Below are positions 52,440 to 64,000 of a stretch of 64,000 nt of DNA, in pieces. The translations under genes and the position numbers were made by a program. This DNA comes from the human T2T-CHM13v2.0 reference genome, Homo sapiens. The stretch's first letter is position 1. Each line of letters begins with the position of its first letter. Below the pieces are notes generated by a model that saw only the letters and a list, made by a program, of their open reading frames with translations, was not told the origin of the DNA and did no database searches. The stretch is taken from NCBI RefSeq assembly GCF_009914755.1, contig NC_060928.1. The stretch is one strand, 5' to 3'.

Positions 52440-53039
52440 GGTTAAAACAATAAAAATTTCAAAAAACACTTCTTTCCGCCTCTTGATGTTTACTTCCATG
52501 TAAAGGGGACCCCATTAAAGTAACATTCATGGGCTCCTGCCAAAACTTTACTCCCTCCTCCCCAAGAGAGACATACAGACTTACTGATTGAAAATTTTAA
52601 GAAAAATAAAATGGCACAGTTGGCTGGTTTCCCCATTTTCTGTCTCTTGGAAGCAAGCTGCTGGCAGAAAATAAACATTCAGTGCTGCAAAAAGTAGTAC
52701 GGGGCAGTTCTAACCCTGCAGAGGAGTGCCTGCCTTGTCCTGTGCTATCTGAGACATGGTGGGGAAGGCTGCTTAGCTCTGGAGTCCGTTTAGAGGAAGC
52801 TCATTATTTTTACCTACAGTTAACACCGCAATCTCCAACATCAGCTTTACGAACATCTCCCATCTGTCCTACTTCATTTCTCAGTTAATCCAAAAACATT
52901 AAGAGAGGGACATTATTTACTGAACCTCCTCGAATCCAAACAACTACCATGATTCCGCCTATCTACTAACTTAAATCTCCTGCTAGATCTCCTAGATTTC
53001 TTTCCCCGTCACACACATCCTTCTTTAACAAAACTTTTC
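52174..53039 (+). repeat. Dispersed direct duplication: 52174-52315 (142 bp) and 52875-53039 (165 bp)
   Basis: Both copies read CATTTCTCAGTTAATCCAAAAACATTAA...CCTATCTACTAACTTAAATCTCCTGCTA...AAAACTTTTC; about 7 substitutions, a 19-bp indel and ~4 bp of small indels. Confidence 0.95.
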
Positions 53040-55398
53040 AGCATCTAAAGCAAGCCCACATTTTTCAGAGGCCTGTTCTCCTCACCCACTCCCATTTACA
53101 TACAGTCGGTAATGGCTAGGAAAATGCAGACACCTAAAAATAGTTTGGTATTAAAAGCATTGGGAAACACAATGATAGTAAATGCCATCTAGCAAAACCT
53201 TAATTCCCAAATATTTTTCCTCAAATATCTGCCTATTTTTCCCTCTGTCCCTAAAATTTCTGAACACATCAATCTATTTCGAAAGAAACTTCAGTAAAAT
53301 AATTTCATCACTAAGGCTAATGTTTAGAAACCATAAAACTCATTGTTAAAGAGAAGTTTATTATCTCTCATTCTTGTATTAGCAGTACTTTTATTGCCAG
53401 AAATATTTTCCACAAAGATGTCCCAACTCGAGTCTTTAGAGCTACTCAATTGTTCAACTATTTGGGGTTTGGAAGGAAAAAAATAGACAGCATTTTTTTC
53501 AGCCACTTTTTCCTCCTAATCGCTAAGCATGTACATTTTAAGAGAAACCTAATCCAGCTACTTCTGGTTTGTTTCCATTTAAATCATTAAAATTTATTTT
53601 TTTAAGTCATTTGTTGTCCAAGAGACTTTAAAAACTAGCTTCTTTGCTTAAAAATCCAAATTGGCCATAAGAGCATGAGCTCTGATGCCAAAAGTTTCAG
53701 GTTTGGAACAAAAGTGTCAGCCCCAAGTTGGAAATCAGTTTTACATGCCGGTTATGACATAAAGGGACCATGTGGACTACTTCCCCAACTCACTGAGCCT
53801 TCTGTGGAAGCAAACATTATAACCGAGGTTACCAGAAGGTCTTCAAAATAAATCCTGCATTCAGTAGTCAGTCAGAGCTTCTGAAAATTTGAATTTATGG
53901 CTTTGTCTTATGTTTGTGCTAATCTTGTGTGATTTCTCCTCTACACTGTTGAAGGCGGGAAATGCTTTCAAATAAATTTTAATTCATAATATAATACAAT
54001 GCGTTAACTCCTTTTTTAATGTTTATGGTTTTTCATCTTCTTTTAAAACTAAGAAAATCCATTCAATTAGAGGTAAATTGAGTAACACCATTAGTTGAGC
54101 TCATTTTACTTCCTGCTATCCATTAGAAAAAACTCTCTATCCTCCACAAAAGTACCATTGCTATTAATGGTAGATTTCTGTGCACTTCTGATGCTGCATC
54201 ATAAGTTAGGAAAAGTACTTCCAAATATAAAATGAAGTACCAAACTGTCATATAACACGGAGGGAGAAAAAAAGAAAAAGATTCTGGAAAGTTTTCTGCA
54301 TTGCTTATTGGTTAAAATACAAATTAGAGCTTAATTTTCTGTACAGGTTTCTGGGTCTTCCTAACAGGAGGCGTGAACTTTATTAATTTATTTATTACTG
54401 ACTTTATTGAGTTAGAAATATATAAAACTCACATTTTCCTAGCTTCTCCAAAACAATAAGAAAATATATTTCTACATATTCTGAAGATTTGAGAAATGAA
54501 AGCAACAGTTTTCAAAGATAACAAAAATATTTTCTTGTTTGTATCTTAACATGCAGACAATTGAAAGAGAAGTTAAAATAGTAACAGACAGAGAAGGAAG
54601 TCCACAGGTACAGACTGAAGATACAGCTTGACTTAGGGACATATCAGTAGGGGCATATCACCAGTTTACAGGATACTGGGTTTTGGTGAAATAAGTAGGA
54701 GGCATTCAAGAATACATCTAGTTTTTCACATTATTTATCAAACAATAATTGATATGTCAGTTATTCACTGGACAGTTTGCAGTTATTTACAATGATGTCT
54801 TAATTACAGTCAGTGGTAGAACCAAATACAAAAGATGTATAAACTTGTCAAACTGAAAATTCTACAGTAGCTTAACTGTAAAAGTTTTATAATTTATTAT
54901 TCTTACATTTTTAAACAGTCAAAAGTTACCCTTATTTACTGCTGCAATGTGTGCTTTTAAATTGATCCAGTGCTGCTACCCTTCATTTCCTTATCTATGA
55001 TTCTATAATATAAATGACACAAAATAAACTTATAATACAAATGACAGATATAAGGAGATGATTACTGATTAATAATAGTAAAAAGTATAACTTTTTTGGG
55101 TTCCTCAAGTACTTATCAAGCTCTTTGCATAGTTCAATGCTGACATTTGTAGAAAAATAATACTTTGCTCAGTAAAGAAACTATAAGCTTTTTCATCTTT
55201 TACATGAGACACTGCCTACTAAAGGTAGACAGACTACATAAATAAGTCTACTTTGTGAATCTGCAACAAGATGAATGGTTTGGCAATTCCAAACAAGGGT
55301 CATTGTATATTGTTAAAAAAAAAAAAGCCACATTAAAAAATGGTTTAAACTACTTTAGACATTACTCATGCAATGAATAATAAATGTTTAATGCTTAC

Positions 55399-55524
55399 AT
55401 TTTAATATCATGGCCCATATTTTGAAAGGTATTCCTTTTAATCTGAAAAGTTCTAGAATATTTTAAACATTGGAAATTTAGAGGAGGTGAATATAATTGT
55501 ACATTCATACCACCTCCTGGAAAA
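55399..55524 (-). other. Candidate 126-nt internal exon (unverified)
   Basis: Acceptor TGCTTTTGTTTTCCTTTACTCAG; donor AT|GTAAGC; open phase 2-2 frame FPGGGMNVQLYSPPLNFQCLKYSRTFQIKRNTFQNMGHDIK; no recognised homology. Confidence 0.25.
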
Positions 55525-55626
55525 CTGAGTAAAGGAAAACAAAAGCACTGGTAAAGAACCAGACAGATCATAGGAAGTGTCATGTCTCAGCTTTTCTACT
55601 TACTACAGAGCATGAGCAGTATTACC

Positions 55627-55775
55627 AATGTTTAAAGTTATGAATACGATAATTACCCCAATTTGATCACTATACTATGTATATATGCATTGAAACATCA
55701 TATTGTATTCCATAATTATGTATAATTATCATTTTATTTGTAATTGTTAATTACAAGTAAAAATGAAATTATAAA
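55627..55775 (+). mobile_element. L1MA 3' terminal fragment
   Basis: TAATTACCCCAATTTGATCA.TATAC...ATTGAAACATCA.ATTGTA..CCATAA. Confidence 0.7.
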
Positions 55776-57879
55776 TAAGTAAATCATACTCCTTAATGGC
55801 ATAAATAAAAAGTGCCTCACTTAAATTAATAAAATTTTCCTGACAATGACTTCTATGATTTTTTAAGGGTTTTCAGTTTCTTTTAGGTTTCACCTTTTTG
55901 CTTCTAGAAAGAACTGAGAAAATAATGACTATTTTCCCTTTTGCATTTTTTTCGTTTCTTATAAACACTTTTATTTTCTCACAGTTGAAATGCCTAGACT
56001 TTTTTTATTGTGTTTGTATGGTATTCAACAAATCCCACTCAACATTTGGCATAGCTAACACTAACCTATCTACAATAAGGCAGTAATCCCTTTCCTCAGA
56101 GGTGCTGCATCATTCTGACAATCATGGCACTGGGGTAATTTCCTCTGCCAACATGACAAAACAGGGAACACTTTGCACTGCCTCATAAGCACCAGTCCAG
56201 AGACCATGAGCTCAACTCTCAAAGCAGAATATCATTGTGAGAAAATAAAGAGATCCATGTAGTCATTCTTGAGTTTTGCAGGTTCCCTGTGAATTTTAGT
56301 GATTAAATTTTCTTCTCATTTAGAATAAAAATTAATACAAAAAACTTATCCTTTTATATTATGCTCTTCATTTCAAAACAGGCTACATGGACTCTAGAAC
56401 ACCTGCTTGACTTATCCTCCAAATCAGGATAAAAGTGACATCTACTAACAGGTCCAGACAAACTTTCTATTTCCAAGAAATGAAGGAGAACAAATATATT
56501 AGAGAATTCACTTTTTTGCTGGATGTAACTACAACAACAAGAAAGGCTGGTTCCAGCAACACTAAACTTGGCTCAGTCATGCAATGGTCTCAGTGTTGGA
56601 CAGAATTGAATTTATAATGTATGACAGAAGCAAAGTTGTAATGTACAATCATATAATTTACTTGAACAGTTGCTTTCCATATGGGAAGTAACAGATTGCC
56701 CAGTTGCATTTTGGCTAAGACTAAACCTACCATTATTCAGAGTAAAACAATTTTGTTGAAATCTGGAAATCCTGCAGAAAACACCTCTAAGTCTCTCTGA
56801 TGACTCCTGATATTATTTCTTTTTTTCTGGGAATAGTATACAGCTTTATCCTGCTTTCTGAGTGTTCTTGACCCATGTTTAGCATATAGTATTTTCTGGA
56901 GAATATAATTATGTCCTACAGATTTTACAAATGAAATAACCATTCAGGCCACTTGACCAGATTTTTATGATGAAACCAAAACATAAAATTCACAGATGAA
57001 GAAGGAATCAAAAAAACAATAAATCTTTCTCTGCATATTCCTTTCTAAACATTTAAAATTACAAGGAAAACATACTATGAAGGAAATGGGTCTTTTTCTC
57101 TCTAATTTTATAGTACCAAAAAGTGTATCTCTGTTGAATACCAAAGTAGAACTCCTACATATTTAATAATATTCCCTCACTGTTAAGCTGTACTCCAGGA
57201 GAAGTATTTTATGGGGTGTGGAACATTCTTATTCATGACCTTAACATTTTAGAACAGTTTGATGGATAAGCAATGCATTTTCTACACTGATGCATAAATA
57301 ATCTGCATCCCAAAATGTATCTTCAAAGTTTGAAAACTTACATTGTCCAGTAAAAATATGTCATTAACACCCTTTGAAAAAGTCTTGAAATTGCAACTAT
57401 CTGTGGCCAAATATCATTTTCAGAAATCTGTCCCCCTGTGCATAGATTTATGAGTCCCATGGTTAGATAAAGGGAAATTATCCAAGGCAAAGTTGTTCAA
57501 ATAGGCAATTATCCAACAGACTGGAGCCAAGACAATACTCTGGAGGTAATTATACAGGTTCAACTGCAGCTGCGTGGGAAGTATGGACACCAATCACCTC
57601 TCTAGAGTTTGCATGTCTCCAGGAAGACCAAACTAGGAAGACAATGTTTGTGTCCTAGGCTTTTGGTTTATACTTAAAGGGAAAAAAGTGAGAAGAAGGC
57701 TTAAAGCATTTACATATCTGTAATATTTCTACCTCCAAATAATTATATTATACAATAATGTAATAAACTTTTTTGCAGCCCTGTAATATTCAAACAGCAA
57801 ACCAAATAATGGAAACAAGACTGGAAACACAGCACAACAATATTAGACACTTCCATGCAGTGCCTGCAGAGAATAGTAA

Positions 57880-58095
57880 CAGTAGACTTACATGTGCAAA
57901 CTAGCTGCATATATGCAATCTCACTTGTTCCTCTGGACAACCCAAGAGGGAAGTTACTATGATCTTCCTTTTACAGATGAGAAAATTAAAGCTCAGAAAG
58001 TTAGGTACATACTCAAAGGCACCCAGCTAGTAAGTGAAGAGTAAGGACTCAAACCAGGTGTTTGTCAAGAACCAATGCTCTCTCCAAACATGCCT
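57880..58095 (-). mobile_element. MIR
   Basis: TTTTACAGATGAGAAAATTAAAGCTCAGAAAG...CCCAGCTAGTAAGTG. Confidence 0.8.
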
Positions 58096-59294
58096 TTTAG
58101 GACAAGTTCTTTATGGGTAAATGGTGGGTAATGTACTTACAAACACAGAAACAGATCTTTCTCCCATCTCCCTCAAAATTCCTACCATTTCCACTCTTAC
58201 CACTGCCATCCTAAAAAAATAAGTTCTTACTGAGAAGTAGGCATTAAATTCTACTGACTCTTACTTTACGATGAAAGTATCCCTGGGAGTTTTTAACATT
58301 TTAAGTTAATACTCCTTGATATGAATTATCTAGTTTTACCAGATCTCCCTTATATTCCTCAGAATGAGAAAGTCAGAATTGACTATGTCTGCAAGATTAA
58401 CAGAGCAAAAGGAGAGGGTGGTGAAAAACACAGAAAGGTGAGGGATCTTAAAGTTGAAAATGTTTATTATGGTTGGCCTATTTTTAAATTATCCAGTGAG
58501 AAGTACCTAACTATATTCCACTTTTCCCAATGTCTTTGAATCTAAGCATGATTTAGAAGACATTTCTTATAGAATGAAATTAGCTATGCTGCCATAGATT
58601 TTGAGTCCATCACTTAATCAGAGCAAATGTATTTATGTTCACCTGTTTATTAAACCCCACTATGTGTCAGATGTTGAACTAAGTCTGAGATTAAAAGTGC
58701 AAACAAGACAGTATCCCTGCATGAGAGAAACTTGTAGTGAAGCAAGGTACACAAATGACATCTGACACTATATTCTCTATCAAAATTCAATTTGTTGAAT
58801 GGCAAAAAAAAGAATTACTCCTACAATATCAATCATCCCTCCTTAAAAGTCTCTTCCATTTGCTTATATGACACCAAAACAGGGTGCTTTCCCCTGTTAC
58901 CTGTCTGTTGGCTTTTACTGAAATGCTTTTGTGGTTCCTTGTTTTTCTACCCAGGCCTACAAATGTCAGTGTTCCTCAGTAATCCGTTTAGTTGCTCTCT
59001 TCTCCTCTCATGCTGCAGCCTCTGCCTGAGCTCTCTCAGAACACTTCAGCTGACAACTCCCAATCAAAGTTTTCAGCATATCTCCCTCTCCTGAGACCAG
59101 TCCTATATTCTCAACTATGTACAAGACATCACCAAATGGATATTTTAGACACCTCATTCCCAAAATGGCTCCACTTCCTGATCACTTTCCCAGTGAATGG
59201 AAACATCAGCCAATCAGGAGCTCAGACCCATACACTGGGAGAGGTTTTTGTCCCAAATTTTCACTTACTCTATACATTTAATTGATTAGAAATC

Positions 59295-61700
<2,406 letters not shown>

Positions 61701-62144
61701 CTTAACAGCCTCAAATGCCATGCTCAAGCAAGAATTATATTCAATGTCTCTCTTCGTTCTAGATGAACACAGACTGCATTAGATACCAACCCTATTTAAG
61801 TCTGTAATTCAAGTGAAATAAATCAATTCTTCCTCTCAAAAGTCTATTTAAAACTTCTTGAATTTGGCTTAAGAAACATCTAGATACTTGGGGAAACAGA
61901 TTATTATGGCTATTTCTCCAGTGGATTTAGGTATTTGTGGGGTTTTTCCTAAATATATGTGAAAATATTATTTTCAGTTGTCACTGTTTAAAAAATTTCT
62001 AAATAGCATTCTTATTTTCATAGAATAATATTTTTTCACCAAGCACAATGAAGCACATTGTAAAAGGGGGTTTGACTAAGGTTGTTTAATTCTTGTCTCA
62101 TATTGACATTGATCCAAGAATCCATTGAACCCATTCATCATATT

Positions 62145-62895
62145 CTCAGTTAGAAGTGATTTTAGCTGCAAGTAGTAGAAGATCTGACTAACGATCAATA
62201 GGACAAAAGGGGTTTATTTTTCCCACATAAGAAGAGATAAAGAGGCTAGTGTTGGAGCAAATACTTTAGGATCCAGGATACTTCTATCTACTTACTCCAC
62301 CATTCTTGGACTAGTTTGTTGCCTCATGATTACAAAATGGCTTCTACATCTTTGCTCTAGTTCTTCATGCAGGGCAGGAAGAAGAAAGCAAAGAGCAGTA
62401 ACAGCTACATCTATCCTTTCAATTAAGAATGCTTTTTCTGAAGCCCTTATAGCTGACTTGCCTTAGGTCTCAGTGCCCCTAAGTGGATCACAGGGCTACA
62501 ATTAGCTATGTGAAGTCTGGGAAGCAGAATGCAGGAATGTCATGATTAGCTTACACCAGTGATTCTCAACCAGTAGAAACATCACTCTCCCCATCCCCAC
62601 AGAATGTCATAATATTCATGAGAATATTTTGATTATCATAATGATGGTGTGGATACCCATAGTGCTACTGGCATTTAGTGCGTAGAAGCCAGTGATGCCA
62701 AAAGCACTGAACTGTTAAGAACAATATTTTACAATGAAGACTTGTACTGCCCAAAATGTCATAGTGATTCCACTGAGGCACACTGGCTTAGACCATTTAT
62801 GGCCCATCACTGGAGGGGCCACATTGCTATTCCAAACAAAATCTGTGTTCTGTTAACAAAAATGTGGATATTCGGTAGAACTGACAGTGTCTACA
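62145..62895 (-). mobile_element. MLT1K/L-type MaLR LTR split by a hAT element
   Basis: TCAGTTAG...TTTAGCTGCAAGTA start; TTGCCTCATGATTACAAAATGGCT; GGGCCACATTGCT. Confidence 0.7.
62557..62785. mobile_element. MER20B-like hAT-Charlie MITE
   Basis: CAGTGATTCTCAAC...CACTG termini; 8-bp TSD GCTTACAC (62549-62556) / GCTTAGAC (62786-62793). Confidence 0.82.
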
Positions 62896-63525
62896 GCAGC
62901 TCCTCTGAGCCTTCAGGTGTTTGTAATAATTTTCATTTTTATTTTTCATTTCCTTTGTCAGTTGATTAGGCTATTGAGTGAAAGAATGAAAAACCAAAAA
63001 AATCCAACAGAGCTATGATTGACTCTTCTAAAAAAACAAAAGAAGGGAAGAGAAAAATCTAAGAGGGAAAAGAAGCCAGTATGGCTGAAGAAACTATTTG
63101 GGAAGAAGTTGGAGGAAAATGTGATATGGATTATACCAGGAAAACAATTGTAAGAAATTTAAAAGGGGATTTTTAGTAAGTTTTATATGTAATATGTAAT
63201 GTAAATTATTCCTCTCACCCTTTGAAATCTTCAGTAAAATTTCCCTTTTTCATTAACCCAGGTAGAGAACTGAATATGTTTTGGGGAAGCCTTGTAACGC
63301 TGAGTCCTACTTTAAAATAGTCTTCCCAGAAAAATTTCATTACATTAAAATTATATTTACACGTATTCAAGGATTTCTCTTTTTTTAATGTATCTCATTT
63401 TTCCTCTATTATTTATATCATGCAAACATGTATGAGTAAAACTTAAAGGAAATAAAATCTCCTAAAATACTATGTCCAATAATGAACCATACAAGCATTT
63501 CATTGATTTTTTTCCTATGCAAATA

Positions 63526-63963
63526 CAGTTCATCCTTGAACAACATACGTTTGAACTGCATGAGTCCTCATATGTGAATTTTATTTTGCCTCTGCTACCC
63601 TGAGGCAGTAAAAACAACCCCTCCTCTTCTTCCTCTTCCTCAGCCTACTCAACATGAAGATGATGAAGATGATGACTTTTATGATGATTCACTTCTACTT
63701 AATGAAGTAAATACATTCTTCTCTTTCTGATGATTTTCTTAATGATATTTTCTTTTCCCTAGCTTACTTTATCATAAAAATACAATATATAATACATATA
63801 ATATACACAATATGTGCTGATTGACTGTTTATGTTATTGGTAAGGCTTCCAATCAATGTTAGGCTATTAGTAGTTAAGTTTTGGGAGGGTCAGTTACATG
63901 TGGATTTTTGACTGTGCAAAGGGATCAGTGCCTCTAATCTCTGCATTGTTCAAGGGTCAACTG
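63526..63963 (+). mobile_element. Tigger2a (MER28) TcMar-Tigger element
   Basis: TIRs CAGTTCATCCTTGAACAA / TTGTTCAAGGGTCAACTG; TA TSD; CCTCAGCCTACTCAACATGAAGATGA core. Confidence 0.92.
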
Positions 63964-64000
63964 TATACATACTTTAAAATACTTACCAAAAATTGGAACA

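Noticed and set aside
53134-53143. Perfect MEF2 motif CTAAAAATAG
   Set aside because: Single AT-rich motif in AT-rich DNA; no supporting cluster
63640-63690. GATGAAGAT acidic-codon-like run
   Set aside because: Part of the Tigger2a consensus

Overview
Primate genomic DNA, most likely human or great ape, judged from AluY/AluS, L1PA, HERV-K LTR5A, THE1 and MER11 elements. It is AT-rich, CpG-depleted and dominated by transposable elements. I find no intact protein-coding gene, RNA gene or CRISPR-like array. The listed ORFs are antisense Alu, microsatellite, broken L1 ORF2 or chance ORFs. The main structures are: a tandem AluY/AluSq pair; several nested TE stacks; an ~11.5 kb L1MB scaffold (31135-42697) carrying a THE1 LTR, a 5'UTR-intact L1PB1 with most of ORF1 deleted, a twin-primed L1PA4 and an L1PA16-type insert; solo MER11 and LTR5A LTRs; and four co-oriented MLT2 LTRs. 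Every Alu and L1 I recognise is inserted on the + strand, which suggests, but does not prove, an intron of a minus-strand gene or lncRNA. A few splice-competent candidate exons are noted. I see no convincing new biological system. The most unusual signals are DNA-repair or retrotransposition scars: a 142-bp templated insertion copied from 700 bp away, a palindrome-filled deletion, a deletion with a duplicated junction, and an unexplained ~420-bp insert inside an MLT1 LTR. There is also a candidate CTCF/E-box site. Subfamily calls come from recalled consensus diagnostics and need RepeatMasker/Dfam confirmation; boundaries of old elements are approximate.
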